Assembly (NCBI GenBank): GCA_002716945.1
Contig: PBCF01000002.1
Location: 142,404 to 206,403 of the forward strand
Direction of reading: 5' to 3'
Origin: Gammaproteobacteria bacterium
Lineage (GTDB): Bacteria > Pseudomonadota > Gammaproteobacteria > GCA-002705445 > GCA-002716945
DNA: 64,000 nucleotides
Positions 42,106 to 53,835 of this stretch are shown one piece after another. The translations under genes were made by a program, and so were the position numbers. Positions within the stretch are counted from its first letter, which is position 1. Each line of letters starts with the position of its first letter. The notes below the pieces were generated by a model that saw only the letters and a list, made by a program, of their open reading frames with translations, was not told where the DNA came from and did not search any database.

Positions 42106-43120
42106 GAAAAAAAAATATAATATAGCTGTTATTGGTGCAACAGGTCTTGTTGGAAATTCGTTATTAGAAATTTTATTTGCAAGAAAATTTCCTATTCATC
42201 AATTGCATGCTGTTGCTAGTAATAAATCTATAGGAACGAAGGTTAAATTTGGTGAGACTTTAGTAGAGACACAATCTATTGAATCATTTGACTTTAATAA
42301 TATTGATATTGCGTTTTTTTCTGCAGGGAGTGATGTTTCGGATAAATATGTACCACTTGCCGCAAAGTCTAACTGTGTTGTTATTGATAATACATCTAGG
42401 TTTAGATATGAGGATAATATACCACTTATAATTCCGGAGGTTAATGCCCACGAAATAAAAAATTATAAAGACACTAACATTATTGCAAACCCAAATTGTT
42501 CAACTATACAAATGCTAGTTGCCCTCAAACCGATACATGACAGATATGAAATAAAAGATATTGTAGTCTCTACATATCAGGCTGTTTCTGGTTCTGGAAG
42601 AAAAGGCATGATGGAATTATCCAATCAAATAGATTCGTTTGTTAATGGAAAAGAAATAAATAATAATGTTTACCCAACGCAGATTGCATTCAATGTTATT
42701 CCGTTTGTTGATAGTTATCATGATAATAATTACACAAAAGAGGAAATGAAAATGATATGGGAAACAAAAAAGATTTTAAGTAAAAAAATCAATGTAAATC
42801 CGACAGCAGTCAGAGTACCGGTCATGATTGGTCACTCTGAATCAATTACAATTGAAACTAAAAAAGAAATAAATATCGAAGATGTGATTCAGGATTATAT
42901 TAATTGCGAAGGTTTGACTTTAATGGATGATGTGGATAATATTGTTTTTCCAACTGCAAGATCTGAAGGTAGCGGAACTGATAATGTTTATGTTGGAAGG
43001 ATTAGAAAAAGCTTGAGCAATAATAATGTTTTGAATATTTGGGTGGTTGCTGATAATGTTAGAAAGGGAGCTGCGCTAAATAGTATTCAGATTGCTGAAA
43101 AACTTATAGAGGAAATATAA
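42095..43120 (+). CDS. asd: Aspartate-semialdehyde dehydrogenase
   Basis: GATGLVG, NPNCST, DNVRKGAA. The GTG start is uncertain. Confidence 0.95.
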   Translation: MLNKKKKYNIAVIGATGLVGNSLLEILFARKFPIHQLHAVASNKSIGTKVKFGETLVETQSIESFDFNNIDIAFFSAGSDVSDKYVPLAAKSNCVVIDNTSRFRYEDNIPLIIPEVNAHEIKNYKDTNIIANPNCSTIQMLVALKPIHDRYEIKDIVVSTYQAVSGSGRKGMMELSNQIDSFVNGKEINNNVYPTQIAFNVIPFVDSYHDNNYTKEEMKMIWETKKILSKKINVNPTAVRVPVMIGHSESITIETKKEINIEDVIQDYINCEGLTLMDDVDNIVFPTARSEGSGTDNVYVGRIRKSLSNNNVLNIWVVADNVRKGAALNSIQIAEKLIEEI

Positions 43121-43878
43121 TGTCAAGAATATTTAAATTAATAATATTCGTTATTATAGTAGTTGTAATACTGGAGTATTTTAAATTTATAGCGCCTGTC
43201 ACACCACTTGCACTTTCTATGGCTAAACATATTATGGTGTCATTGATTGCCCAAATACCCAATATTCCTCCAATTAGAATACCTACAGTTGAATTTACAA
43301 CTCAAAATATATTACTTTTATTGCTCTTATTATTTTTAATATCATACTTCAGTGAAAAATTTAGATATTTTACTAATTCTATAGCTCAACTTACTAGAAA
43401 GTTAAAACATCTAAAGGCAGAACTTGATTTCATAAAGAACTCCGGAGACGATAATACAAATACATCTGAATTAGTCCAACAAGCGACATTAATTAGAGAA
43501 TTGTTAGAAAAGTTATCTAAAAATACTAATTTAGAAAATCAATCTGTACCAATCAGAGCAAAAAAAGTTAGAAGAGTAGATTCTGACACTCAAAATGAAA
43601 CGGAACCCATTAAAAAACCTGTCAGAAAGAAAAAAGCCTCCAAGAAAAAGGTTCTTAGAAAAAAAACATCAAAACTTAATTTGGTTGAAAAAGACGAACC
43701 AAGTACAGATGAGATAATGTCTGACGAGAATATCTCTCAAGTCGATCTTGCTAGAGCATTAATTGAAAGCAAAGATGTTAGTAAAGCAAAGGAACTTTTA
43801 GTTAAGATTGTTGACTCTGGAACTGAACAAGAAAAACATGAAGCAAGATTACTTTATTTAAACCTTGATGACAGGTAA
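43120..43878 (+). CDS. Reduced FimV/HubP-like membrane protein with FimV C-terminal domain
   Basis: C-terminal DLARALIE..D...AKELL..I...G...K.EA..L; located between asd and truA. Confidence 0.75.
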   Translation: MSRIFKLIIFVIIVVVILEYFKFIAPVTPLALSMAKHIMVSLIAQIPNIPPIRIPTVEFTTQNILLLLLLLFLISYFSEKFRYFTNSIAQLTRKLKHLKAELDFIKNSGDDNTNTSELVQQATLIRELLEKLSKNTNLENQSVPIRAKKVRRVDSDTQNETEPIKKPVRKKKASKKKVLRKKTSKLNLVEKDEPSTDEIMSDENISQVDLARALIESKDVSKAKELLVKIVDSGTEQEKHEARLLYLNLDDR

Positions 43879-43905
43879 AGTAATTCTCTATATAGTTTGT
43901 GGAAA

Positions 43906-44691
43906 ATGAAAATTGCTCTTTGTATTGAATACAATGGTTCAAATTATTTTGGTTGGCAAGCACAAACAAAAAAATCAAAAAAAACAATTCAATATTATGT
44001 CGATTTAGCTATATCTAAAATTTCCAATGAAAAAATTAGTACAGTATGTGCAGGTCGAACCGACACAGGAGTACATGCAATTAATCAAATAATACATTTC
44101 AATACATTAAGTAAACGAAAAGATGAAAGTTGGATTAATGGAATTAACTCATTACTACCAAATGATATAAGAGTAAAAAAGATTTTTCATGTTGATGAAT
44201 CATTTCATGCAAGGTACAGTGCGACTTCTAGGAAGTATAGATATGTTATTTATAATGATTTCTTATTACCACCATTTATTAATGACTTAGTTTTGCATTA
44301 TAAAAAAAAGCTAGATATTGTTAATATAAAAAGATCAATAAAATTCCTTTTAGGAAAACAAGATTTTAGTTCATTTAGATCATCACGTTGTCAATCTAGC
44401 TCTCCAATAAAAACAATTAAAGAAGTGAAAATAGAAGTAATAAAAAAATTTATAATTATTGATATTATGGCAGATAGTTTTCTGTATCATATGGTAAGAA
44501 ATATAGTTGGGACCTTATTGGATATTGGTATTCATAAATTTAAACCAATTCATATCAAGCATTTGATCTCAATTAAAGACAGATCAAAAGCAAGTAAAAT
44601 GATTTCATCATCTGGACTATATTTATTTAATGTCAATTATTCCAAAAAATATAAAATCAACACAAATAACAAAGATTTTTATCTATGTTAA
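43906..44691 (+). CDS. truA: tRNA pseudouridine(38-40) synthase
   Basis: EYNGS.Y.GWQ, AGRTDTGVHA, FLYHMVRNIVG; ATG at 43906. Confidence 0.96.
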   Translation: MKIALCIEYNGSNYFGWQAQTKKSKKTIQYYVDLAISKISNEKISTVCAGRTDTGVHAINQIIHFNTLSKRKDESWINGINSLLPNDIRVKKIFHVDESFHARYSATSRKYRYVIYNDFLLPPFINDLVLHYKKKLDIVNIKRSIKFLLGKQDFSSFRSSRCQSSSPIKTIKEVKIEVIKKFIIIDIMADSFLYHMVRNIVGTLLDIGIHKFKPIHIKHLISIKDRSKASKMISSSGLYLFNVNYSKKYKINTNNKDFYLC

Positions 44692-44700
44692 TATATGTAT

Positions 44701-45363
44701 ATGAATTCAGTAAAAATTAAATTATGTGGCATAACAAACACAGAAGACGCCAAATTGATTGTGGATTTAGACTTTGACTTTATTGGATTAATCTTTGTTG
44801 AATCTAGTCCAAGATATGTTTCATTATCTGTAGCTAAAGAAATATATAGCATCTGCAAAGGTAGAAAAAAAATTGTTGGTATATTCCAGAATCAAAATAT
44901 TGATTTTATAAATAATATTGTAAAAAGTATTAAATTAGATTTTTTACAATTTCATGGAAATGAAGATATTTCTATTTGTGAAAATTTTTCCCTACCTTAT
45001 ATCAAGACAATATCAGTCAATCAGAATGGATCTTTATCTCATAATATTCATGATTATAATTCATCAAATGCATTATTATTTGACACAAAAATTGATAATC
45101 AATCGGGTGGAACAGGAAAAACTTTTGATTGGGAATTACTTCATAAGAATGAAGGTTTTCACCTTTTTGCTAAAACAAACCCCTTTTTTATTAGCGGAGG
45201 ATTGAACCCTGATAATGTTTCTAAACTTATATTGAACTATAAACCATGGGGAATAGATGTTAGTAGTGGATTAGAATATAATGCTGGCAAAAAGGACATC
45301 ACTTTAGTGAAAAAATTTTTAGAAAATGTAAGAATAGCAGAAAATTCTTGTGAAAAAGATTAA
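44701..45363 (+). CDS. trpF: Phosphoribosylanthranilate isomerase
   Basis: [28 protein letters not shown]. The start is 44695 or 44701. Confidence 0.95.
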   Translation: MNSVKIKLCGITNTEDAKLIVDLDFDFIGLIFVESSPRYVSLSVAKEIYSICKGRKKIVGIFQNQNIDFINNIVKSIKLDFLQFHGNEDISICENFSLPYIKTISVNQNGSLSHNIHDYNSSNALLFDTKIDNQSGGTGKTFDWELLHKNEGFHLFAKTNPFFISGGLNPDNVSKLILNYKPWGIDVSSGLEYNAGKKDITLVKKFLENVRIAENSCEKD

Positions 45364-46552
45364 TTATAATAAATTTCCAGATAAACAGGGTCGTTTCGAT
45401 AAGTACGGAGGGATGTATGTATCTGAAACATTGATACATCCATTAAAAGAATTAGAGCAAGCTTACTTTAAAACTGCTAAATCATCAAATTTTAAAAAAT
45501 TATATAATAAAGAGTTACTTCATTATGTAGGTAGACCTACTCCTATTTATTATGCATCATCAATTAGTAAGTTATTGGGCTCATGCAAAATATATCTAAA
45601 AAGAGAAGATTTAAATCATACCGGTGCACATAAAATTAATAATGCTTTAGGACAAGCTTTATTAGCTAAAAAGATGGGTAAAACTAGAATTATCGCGGAA
45701 ACAGGCGCGGGTCAACATGGTGTAGCTGCTGCCACTGCATGTGCTAGATTTAATTTGAAATGTGTTGTTTACATGGGCGCTGAAGACATTAAGAGGCAAA
45801 GTGTAAATGTTTATAGAATGAAACTTTTAGGAGCTAATGTTATACCGGTTAATTCTGGATCAAAAACTTTAAAAGATGCATTAAATGAAGCTCTTCGTGA
45901 TTGGGTTACAAATGTAGATAATACTCATTATATTATTGGTTCAGTTGCCGGCCCCCATCCTTATCCAATGATAGTGAGAGATTTTCAATCAGTTATTGGT
46001 ATTGAATCAAAAAAACAAATGAAAGCGACTTATAAAAAACTTCCAGATATATTAATTGCATGTGTTGGAGGCGGTTCTAATGCAATTGGATTATTTTATC
46101 CGTTTCTACACGATAAGGTAGAAATTATTGGTGTAGAAGCAGGAGGTTTTGGAATTTCAACCGGTAAACATGCAGCGCCGCTAAATGATGGTAAACCTGG
46201 TGTCTTACATGGTAACAGAACATATATTATGGAAAATACTGATGGACAAATATCTGAAACCCATTCAATTTCTGCTGGATTAGATTATCCAGGTGTAGGC
46301 CCTGAGCATTCATGGTTAAAAGATTCCAAAAGAGTAAAGTACGTTAGTGTGACAGATAAAGAAGCTGTGGATGCTTTTCAAATTCTAACAGAAAGAGAAG
46401 GCATTATACCAGCATTAGAATCGGCGCATGCTTTAGCTTATGCCTTTAAATTAGCTAAGAAAAGAAAAAATAAAAGCATCCTTGTTAACTTATCTGGAAG
46501 AGGTGATAAAGATATAGATACAATTTCTTCATTAAAGCAAATAAAAATATGA
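45350..46552 (+). CDS. trpB: Tryptophan synthase beta chain
   Basis: [23 protein letters not shown]. Confidence 0.98.
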   Translation: MKKINYNKFPDKQGRFDKYGGMYVSETLIHPLKELEQAYFKTAKSSNFKKLYNKELLHYVGRPTPIYYASSISKLLGSCKIYLKREDLNHTGAHKINNALGQALLAKKMGKTRIIAETGAGQHGVAAATACARFNLKCVVYMGAEDIKRQSVNVYRMKLLGANVIPVNSGSKTLKDALNEALRDWVTNVDNTHYIIGSVAGPHPYPMIVRDFQSVIGIESKKQMKATYKKLPDILIACVGGGSNAIGLFYPFLHDKVEIIGVEAGGFGISTGKHAAPLNDGKPGVLHGNRTYIMENTDGQISETHSISAGLDYPGVGPEHSWLKDSKRVKYVSVTDKEAVDAFQILTEREGIIPALESAHALAYAFKLAKKRKNKSILVNLSGRGDKDIDTISSLKQIKI

Positions 46553-47361
46553 CTAGAATTACAGACACTTTTCTTGCAAATAAGAAAATGGGAACTACAA
46601 CATTCATAACGTATACTGTTTGTGGAGATCCAAATATGAAATCCTCACTTAATATTCTTGATGCTTTAGTAGAGTCAGGGGTAGATATTATAGAATTAGG
46701 GGTTCCATTTAGTGATCCTATTGCCGATGGACCTGTTATTCAAAGAGCAGTTGAAAGAACTCTAAAAAATAAAGTTTCTCTATATAAAACTCTAAACCTT
46801 GTTCGCTTATTTAGAAAAAAAAATAAAGATACACCAATTGTTTTAATGGGTTATATGAATCCCATTGAAAAAATGGGTTATAGACGATTTTCTACAATGG
46901 CTAATCAAGCCGGAATAGATGGTGTATTAGTTGTTGACTTACCACCAGAAGAATCAGAAAAATTAACTAATAGTTTAAAAAAGAATAATATAGATCAAAT
47001 TTTTTTAGCTTCACCAACAACTGATGATTTGAGATTGAAGAAAATTGTACGACAATCGAGCGGCTATGTTTATTATGTTTCTCTAAAAGGTATTACTGGA
47101 TCCAAAATCAGTAATATTAAAATGGTAAAAAACATGGTTGGCAAAATTAAAAAATTTTCCAATTTGGATATACCTGTGGCAGTTGGTTTTGGTATAAAAA
47201 ATGCAGAATCAGCCAAGAGAATTAGTACTTTTTCAGATGGTATAATTATAGGAAGTTCTATAGTAGAATTAATAGAAAAACACCATAATACGAGTACTAT
47301 TATGATAAAAAAAATAAAATCTTTTACTAATCGGATTAGAAGAGTATTAAATAAAAAATGA
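46549..47361 (+). CDS. trpA: Tryptophan synthase alpha chain
   Basis: [22 protein letters not shown]. Confidence 0.98.
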   Translation: MTRITDTFLANKKMGTTTFITYTVCGDPNMKSSLNILDALVESGVDIIELGVPFSDPIADGPVIQRAVERTLKNKVSLYKTLNLVRLFRKKNKDTPIVLMGYMNPIEKMGYRRFSTMANQAGIDGVLVVDLPPEESEKLTNSLKKNNIDQIFLASPTTDDLRLKKIVRQSSGYVYYVSLKGITGSKISNIKMVKNMVGKIKKFSNLDIPVAVGFGIKNAESAKRISTFSDGIIIGSSIVELIEKHHNTSTIMIKKIKSFTNRIRRVLNKK

Positions 47362-48209
47362 GTTGGCTTGATAAAATATTACCATCTAGAATAAGAGCAT
47401 CAAAAAAGAAACAATCCTCCGTTCCTGAAGGACTTTGGCATAAATGTTCTAATTGTGAAGCTGTAATATATAGAGCTGAATATGAAAAAAATTTCAACAT
47501 ATGCCCTAAATGCAATCATCATGGAAGAATATCTGCTAGAAAAAGAATTGATATTTTTTTGGATAAAAATAATAGAGAAGAGTTATTTGTTAATATTTTA
47601 CCCAAAGATGTTTTAAATTTTAAAGATAAAGAAAAATATAAAGATAAACTTTCTACCACTCAAGAAAAAACAGGAGAAAAAGATGCGTTAGTAGCATTCA
47701 AAGGAAACCTAAAAAATATGCCTGTTATAGTTTGTTGCTTTGAATATTCTTTTTTTGGAGGTTCAATGGGTTCAGTTGTTGGTGAAAAATTTAGTCGATC
47801 AGCTAAATTATGTGTAGAAACAAAATCACCTTTAATATGTTTTTCAGCAAGCGGTGGAGCTAGAATGCAAGAATCTCTTTTTTCATTATTTCAAATGGCA
47901 AAAACAAGTTCTGCTCTCAATGAACTAGCATCTAAACAGTTACCATTTATTTCTGTGTTAACTGATCCTACAATGGGGGGAGTTTCTGCAAGCTTAGCTA
48001 TGCTAGGTGATATTAATATAGCAGAACCTAATGCTTTAATTGGTTTTGCAGGTCCTAGAGTAATCGAACAAACAGTTGGCGAAAAACTACCTGAAGGATT
48101 TCAAAAAAGTGAATTTTTAAAAAAGCATGGCTCTATCGATATTATTGCTAATAGAATGGAACATCGATCAATTATTTCTAATATTTTGAATACTTTTACG
48201 CAAAATTAA
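47358..48209 (+). CDS. accD: Acetyl-CoA carboxylase carboxyltransferase beta
   Basis: C4 zinc finger, [24 protein letters not shown]. Confidence 0.97.
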   Translation: MSWLDKILPSRIRASKKKQSSVPEGLWHKCSNCEAVIYRAEYEKNFNICPKCNHHGRISARKRIDIFLDKNNREELFVNILPKDVLNFKDKEKYKDKLSTTQEKTGEKDALVAFKGNLKNMPVIVCCFEYSFFGGSMGSVVGEKFSRSAKLCVETKSPLICFSASGGARMQESLFSLFQMAKTSSALNELASKQLPFISVLTDPTMGGVSASLAMLGDINIAEPNALIGFAGPRVIEQTVGEKLPEGFQKSEFLKKHGSIDIIANRMEHRSIISNILNTFTQN

Positions 48210-48214
48210 TATGT

Positions 48215-49507
48215 ATGAATAAGAATTTTAAATCTCTTGATGATTGGTTGGAGTGGCAACAAACTCTACATCCGAAAAATATAGATTTTAAACTAGAAAG
48301 AATAAAAGCGGTATACAAAAAACTTCAACTTAAAAAAATTGCTCAAAAAATTATCATAATTGCTGGAACTAATGGAAAAGGCTCTACTGCATCGATGCTT
48401 GAAAGTATCTTACATGAGAATCAATTAAAAGTTGGCGTTTTCACTTCTCCACATATACTTAGTTATAACGAAAGAATTAAAATTAATAAACAACATGTAC
48501 ACGATGATGAAATTATAGAGGCATTTAACCAAATTAATGAAAAAAGAGGAAATATTACACTTACATATTTTGAATTTGCTACATTAACAGCCTTTTATTT
48601 ATTTAATAAATCCAATTTAGATTATGCTGTATTAGAAGTTGGTTTAGGAGGTAGATTAGACGCTACAAATATTATTGATTCTGATATATCTATTATAACT
48701 TCTATCAGTATAGATCATACTGAGTATCTGGGTTCAACAATAGATAGTATTGCATTAGAAAAAGCTGGAGTAATGAGACCTTTTTCTTTTAGTATTTATG
48801 CGCAAAAAAAACCACCAAAAGTTTTATTTAAATATGCGCAGAATAATAAAACTTACTTTAAATACAATGACAAAGATTTTAACATTAAAATCTATGATGA
48901 TTTTTGGACATGGAGAAATGATAAATTTAAAATATCTCGTTTACCTATGCTGCCACTAATTGGAAGCTTTCAATATGATCATGCAGGTGCTGTTTTATCA
49001 TGTTTATCATATATAGAATCAAATTTATTGGAAAACAAACAAAATCTAGTAAATGGCTTTAAGAACTTAGATTTACTTGGTCGGTATCAAATAATTCAAA
49101 GCAATCCGGAAATCATTCTTGATGTTGCTCATAATGCTGATGCTGCAAAGAAATTGAATGATAATCTTTCTAATGAAATATCAGGGAAAACACTTGCAGT
49201 TTTAGGTGTCCTAAATGATAAAGATGTTTATGAATTAGTTAAACCACTTAAAAAAACTGTAGATCAATGGTTTTGTGGAACTATCAATAGCCACAGAGGT
49301 ATGAACGCAGATGAAATAAAACATAGATTGTCTACCTTAATAAGTGGTGAATCAATCAATTCATTCACAACTATTTCTAACGCCTATGAGAACGCGATCA
49401 AAACCTTAAATCACAATGACAGATTAATTATATATGGTTCTTTTTATACAGTATCTGAAGTTTTAAATCATATAAAATCTAGCACAAATAAGGTAATAAA
49501 TTTATAA
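48215..49507 (+). CDS. folC: Bifunctional dihydrofolate/folylpolyglutamate synthase
   Basis: GTNGKGS, EVGLGGRLDATN, DVAHN. Confidence 0.96.
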   Translation: MNKNFKSLDDWLEWQQTLHPKNIDFKLERIKAVYKKLQLKKIAQKIIIIAGTNGKGSTASMLESILHENQLKVGVFTSPHILSYNERIKINKQHVHDDEIIEAFNQINEKRGNITLTYFEFATLTAFYLFNKSNLDYAVLEVGLGGRLDATNIIDSDISIITSISIDHTEYLGSTIDSIALEKAGVMRPFSFSIYAQKKPPKVLFKYAQNNKTYFKYNDKDFNIKIYDDFWTWRNDKFKISRLPMLPLIGSFQYDHAGAVLSCLSYIESNLLENKQNLVNGFKNLDLLGRYQIIQSNPEIILDVAHNADAAKKLNDNLSNEISGKTLAVLGVLNDKDVYELVKPLKKTVDQWFCGTINSHRGMNADEIKHRLSTLISGESINSFTTISNAYENAIKTLNHNDRLIIYGSFYTVSEVLNHIKSSTNKVINL

Positions 49508-49950
49508 TGACTAAGAATTTTTTACTCAAATTAGTGTTATTTTTTTTAATTCCATTGTATTTGTTTGGCAAACCAATCCTTGAATATATTAATCAGTCTG
49601 GTCAAATTATATATTCATTAACAATTCCTGAGCCACCTTCTGAGGCTAAAGATAAAGATAATTTTGAGGAGGTGGGTAAAATTGATATTTTAAAAATTCC
49701 TAAACCTGAAAGATTAATTTCTCAATCATGGATTATTGTTTTTTCATATAATCAAAATAACGAAGATGATAGAATGATGGAGAGAAAATTGAAAAATTTA
49801 GGCTTTGAAATATCTATTCGCCACGATAAAAAGAAGGAAAAGTTTATAACAATTGGCCCTTATGTGGATAAATTAATGGCGATGCAAATTAAAGCCAAAA
49901 TCAAAAGAACCTTAAAAATACAAGGAAGACTTTTGGAAATAAAAAAATAA
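49507..49950 (+). CDS. SPOR-domain protein (DedD-like)
   Basis: N-terminal TM and C-terminal SPOR-like IGPY segment; folC-dedD-cvpA synteny. Confidence 0.7.
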   Translation: MTKNFLLKLVLFFLIPLYLFGKPILEYINQSGQIIYSLTIPEPPSEAKDKDNFEEVGKIDILKIPKPERLISQSWIIVFSYNQNNEDDRMMERKLKNLGFEISIRHDKKKEKFITIGPYVDKLMAMQIKAKIKRTLKIQGRLLEIKK

Positions 49951-50436
49951 ATGCCACTATTAGATTTATCCATAATATTTTTTATAATTTTTTGGTCAAT
50001 ATTAGGCTTATTAAGAGGCTTTGCATCCGAATTTATTTCATTTACATGCTGGGCGTTAGCTATATATTTTTCTATTCATTATCATCATATACCTGCTGAA
50101 TTCATTAATAATTATATTAATGCTTATGGAATTGCAAAAATTTTATCTTTTATCTTTATTTTTGTTGTAACTTTTTTTCTGTCCATGTCATTGAGCTTTA
50201 TTATTACGCAAATTATAAATGTCTTTGGGATGTCATCTACAAACAAAGTATTTGGTATGTTTTTTGGTTTGCTCAAAGGTAATTTATTTACAATACTAAT
50301 TATTTATGTAATTGGATATACAGAATTTATATCAACTTTATACTGGGAACAGTCACAGTTCATACCATATTTTGAAGAATTTACAGAAAAATTTCTCAAA
50401 TCTCATAATTCATTCTTTGATACTTTGCAAATATGA
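49951..50436 (+). CDS. cvpA: Colicin V production family membrane protein
   Basis: G..RGF..E, FG..FG.LKG; directly upstream of purF. Confidence 0.9.
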   Translation: MPLLDLSIIFFIIFWSILGLLRGFASEFISFTCWALAIYFSIHYHHIPAEFINNYINAYGIAKILSFIFIFVVTFFLSMSLSFIITQIINVFGMSSTNKVFGMFFGLLKGNLFTILIIYVIGYTEFISTLYWEQSQFIPYFEEFTEKFLKSHNSFFDTLQI

Positions 50437-50451
50437 CTATAATATAGGCTT

Positions 50452-51957
50452 ATGTGTGGGATTGTTGCGCTTTATGGTATTAACCATGTGGTTCATGATG
50501 TATATGAATCACTTACGGTACTGCAACATCGTGGTCAAGATGCATCTGGTATTTTAACAAATCATGGTGGCAAAATAACTCTGCGTAAATCACTTGGATT
50601 AGTAAGAGACGGCTTTGAATACAAACACATTGATAGACTTAAAGGACATTTAGGTATTGGACATGTACGTTATCCAACAGCAGGTCACGCTGAAAGTCCA
50701 TCTGAAGCTCAGCCTTTTTATGTAAATTCTCCATATGGCATCGGATTAGCTCATAATGGTAATCTTATAAACTCTTCAGAACTAAAGGATAATTTATTTT
50801 CTGAGGATTTAAGACATATCAATACAAAATCTGATTCTGAAATATTGTTAAATATCCTAGCGCATGAGTTACATCTTCATCGTAAAGAAAAATTTACTCC
50901 TGATGATTTATTTTATGCAATTGCAGGCGTCCATAGAAGAGTTAAAGGTGCTTATGCTGTTGTTTGTTTGATAGCTGATCGAGGTATTGCTGCATTTCGT
51001 GATCCAAGAGGAATAAGACCATTATGTTTTGGTACGAGAGAAATTGATGGCAAACAAGAAACTATGGTTGCCTCAGAGTCTGTAGCTTTGAATTCAGCTG
51101 GATTCACTTTGGTAAGAGATATAAGACCAGGTGAAGCAATTTTTATTGATATCGATGGCAATGTTCACACCAGGCAATGTTGTGAACCACAAGGATACAC
51201 ACCATGTATTTTTGAGTATGTTTATTTTGCTAGACCAGACACAATTTTAGATGGAATATCTGTTTATAGAGCTAGAATGAATATGGGTAAAAATTTAGCA
51301 AAGAAAATAACATCATCTTGGCCTCAAAACGATATTGATGTTGTAGTTCCAATACCTGATACAAGTAGAATTTCTGCTTTAGAATTATCTACTTCACTAA
51401 ATAAACCTTTTAGAGAAGGGTTCATTAAAAATAGATATATTGGAAGAACATTTATCATGCCTGAACAAAATCAGAGAATCAAATCTGTAAAAAGAAAACT
51501 TAATGCCATCGCATCAGAGTTTAAAGATAAGAATGTATTATTGGTTGACGATTCAATTGTTAGAGGGACTACATCAAAACAAATTATAGAAATGGCAAGA
51601 GATGCAGGTGCAAAAAAAGTATATATGGCGTCTGCAGCACCTCCAGTAAAATTCCCTAATGTATATGGAATAGATATGCCAGCTAGCAATGAATTTGTAG
51701 CTGATAAGAGAAATGAAGATGAAATAACAAAATTTATTGGAGCAGATAAATTATTCTATCAAAATTTGGATGATTTGGTCAGCTCTGTCATTGACTCTTC
51801 ATCACCAATAAAAGACTTTGATGCATCTTGTTTTGATGGTAATTATGTAACTGGTGATGTAACAAAAGAATATCTAAAGCAATTGGATAACTTGAGAAAC
51901 GATGTATCTAAAAAATTACATAAATTAGAGATGAGTGATGATGTAATAGTATATTAA
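50452..51957 (+). CDS. purF: Amidophosphoribosyltransferase
   Basis: MCGI, QHRGQD, VDDSIVRGTT. Confidence 0.98.
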   Translation: MCGIVALYGINHVVHDVYESLTVLQHRGQDASGILTNHGGKITLRKSLGLVRDGFEYKHIDRLKGHLGIGHVRYPTAGHAESPSEAQPFYVNSPYGIGLAHNGNLINSSELKDNLFSEDLRHINTKSDSEILLNILAHELHLHRKEKFTPDDLFYAIAGVHRRVKGAYAVVCLIADRGIAAFRDPRGIRPLCFGTREIDGKQETMVASESVALNSAGFTLVRDIRPGEAIFIDIDGNVHTRQCCEPQGYTPCIFEYVYFARPDTILDGISVYRARMNMGKNLAKKITSSWPQNDIDVVVPIPDTSRISALELSTSLNKPFREGFIKNRYIGRTFIMPEQNQRIKSVKRKLNAIASEFKDKNVLLVDDSIVRGTTSKQIIEMARDAGAKKVYMASAAPPVKFPNVYGIDMPASNEFVADKRNEDEITKFIGADKLFYQNLDDLVSSVIDSSSPIKDFDASCFDGNYVTGDVTKEYLKQLDNLRNDVSKKLHKLEMSDDVIVY

Positions 51958-51958
51958 C

Positions 51959-52498
51959 ATGAATTATGACAGCATTATAAAAAACTCTAAATCACATTTA
52001 CAATCATTCCTTAATGACGAACTAAATAAATTTGTTGTTGTGTTAATTGAAAATCAGAAATTAATACTTGTAAATAATAATTCAATTATATTTAAGGCTG
52101 ATATTTCGACATCAAAATTTGGTATAGGTAATAAAGAGAATTCATTGATGACGCCTCTTGGAGCTCATGTGATTTGTGATATGATTGGCGACGGAGAATC
52201 TATTGGCACAGTATTCAAAGGAAGAAAATTAACCGGTGAAAATATGAATGACTTAGTTATTTCAGATAGCGATCTCGTTACAACTAGAATAATCAGACTA
52301 GATGGTTTGGAAGCAAACGTCAATAAAGGTGGCGATGTTGATACATTTTCTAGATATATATATATTCACGGAACTCCCCACGAAGACAAAATAGGGAGGC
52401 CAGCTTCTCATGGATGTGTCAGGATGAAAAATATTGAGATAACAGATTTATTTAAATTATTAGATATAGGTACACCGGTACTAATTACTCGTTCTTAG
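51959..52498 (+). CDS. L,D-transpeptidase (YkuD) family protein
   Basis: TPLG, IYIHGT, ASHGCVRM. Confidence 0.88.
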   Translation: MNYDSIIKNSKSHLQSFLNDELNKFVVVLIENQKLILVNNNSIIFKADISTSKFGIGNKENSLMTPLGAHVICDMIGDGESIGTVFKGRKLTGENMNDLVISDSDLVTTRIIRLDGLEANVNKGGDVDTFSRYIYIHGTPHEDKIGRPASHGCVRMKNIEITDLFKLLDIGTPVLITRS

Positions 52499-53153
52499 AT
52501 ACCTTGTCAATTAAATCTATTGGTTTATGAATAATATAATCAGCACCCCATTGATTAATATTTATATTTTTGTTAATAAAACCAAAGTTAGCAACAACAG
52601 ACTTCATGCCTGCTTTTTTAGCTGCAATAATATCTCTTTCATCATCACCAATATATAATGCTTGAGATGGATTTATATTTAACTTAATACAAGCTAATAG
52701 GAGTGAATCTGGCTCAGGTTTAGAATTTTCAACCATATCCCCTGTGATTAAGCATTGTACCTTTGTATCCATACGCAATCCTTCTAAAATTTGTTTCACA
52801 TATTTACTATGTTTATTAGTAACTATTCCCCATTTAATTTGCTTATTCTCAATGTTGATAATTAGATCGTTCATGCCATCTATCAGTTTTGTATTAACAA
52901 AACAATTCTCTGAATACTGTTGTAAAAACTCTGCTCTTATTAATGATGAATCTATCGATCTTTGATTAATTGCAGCAGCATATTGAATTATTCCAATAGC
53001 ACCTTTTGATATATGATATTTTAAGTCCTGACAATCTACTGGATTAAACTTATGATCTAATAAAATTCTATTCAATGCATTACACATATCTACAGAGGTA
53101 TCAGCAAAAGTACCATCTAAATCAATAAGAATAGCATGTATATTTTTAAACAT
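52485..53153 (-). CDS. HAD-IA hydrolase (phosphoglycolate phosphatase / MupP-like)
   Basis: DLDGT, VTNK, KPEP, YIGDDERD; downstream of ubiG; ATG at 53153. Confidence 0.88.
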   Translation of the reverse strand: MFKNIHAILIDLDGTFADTSVDMCNALNRILLDHKFNPVDCQDLKYHISKGAIGIIQYAAAINQRSIDSSLIRAEFLQQYSENCFVNTKLIDGMNDLIINIENKQIKWGIVTNKHSKYVKQILEGLRMDTKVQCLITGDMVENSKPEPDSLLLACIKLNINPSQALYIGDDERDIIAAKKAGMKSVVANFGFINKNININQWGADYIIHKPIDLIDKVSKNE

Positions 53154-53835
53154 TTTTTTTTGCATAAATGAAATAATTAATTTTAGTGAATGAAGAAATT
53201 CTAAAATCTGAAAGAAATGGATCAAAAATCATTCCATTAATTTCTTTAATTTCACAATTATTTTTTTCAAAAATACGACATAATTCTGATGGTTTGATAA
53301 ATTTTTTATACTGATGAGTGCCCTTCGGAATTATATTGAAAATATATTCTGCTAAAATTTTAGCAAAAACAAAAGATTGAATATTTCTATTAATAGTAGA
53401 AATAAAAATATTAGTATTTTCTTTTGATAATGAACTAATCTTTTTTATTAATTGATTAGGGCTTGAAACATGTTCAACTAATTCAAAACATATAATACAA
53501 TCAAATTTATATTTATCTTCTAAATCATCAATACTTCCACATTGGTAATCTATTTTTAAATTATTTTCTTTAGCGTGTTTTTTTGCTATATCTATAGTTT
53601 TTTTTGATGCATCAATTGCTGTTACGATAGCACCTTCTTTCGCTAATTCTTCTGCAAGTAAGCCACCACCACAACCAATATCCAAAATCTTTTTACCTTT
53701 AATATCATATCGTTCCATAATATATTTTAATCTTAATGGATTTAATTTATGTAGAACTCTATATGCTCCCTTTTTGTTCCACCACTCGAATGCATTCTTA
53801 TCAAAATTTTCTATTTCTTTTTCATCAATATTCAT
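53146..53835 (-). CDS. ubiG: Ubiquinone biosynthesis O-methyltransferase
   Basis: LH.LNP.R, LDIGCGGG, ELVEHV, STINR, GTH.Y.KFIKP. Confidence 0.96.
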   Translation of the reverse strand: MNIDEKEIENFDKNAFEWWNKKGAYRVLHKLNPLRLKYIMERYDIKGKKILDIGCGGGLLAEELAKEGAIVTAIDASKKTIDIAKKHAKENNLKIDYQCGSIDDLEDKYKFDCIICFELVEHVSSPNQLIKKISSLSKENTNIFISTINRNIQSFVFAKILAEYIFNIIPKGTHQYKKFIKPSELCRIFEKNNCEIKEINGMIFDPFLSDFRISSFTKINYFIYAKKNV

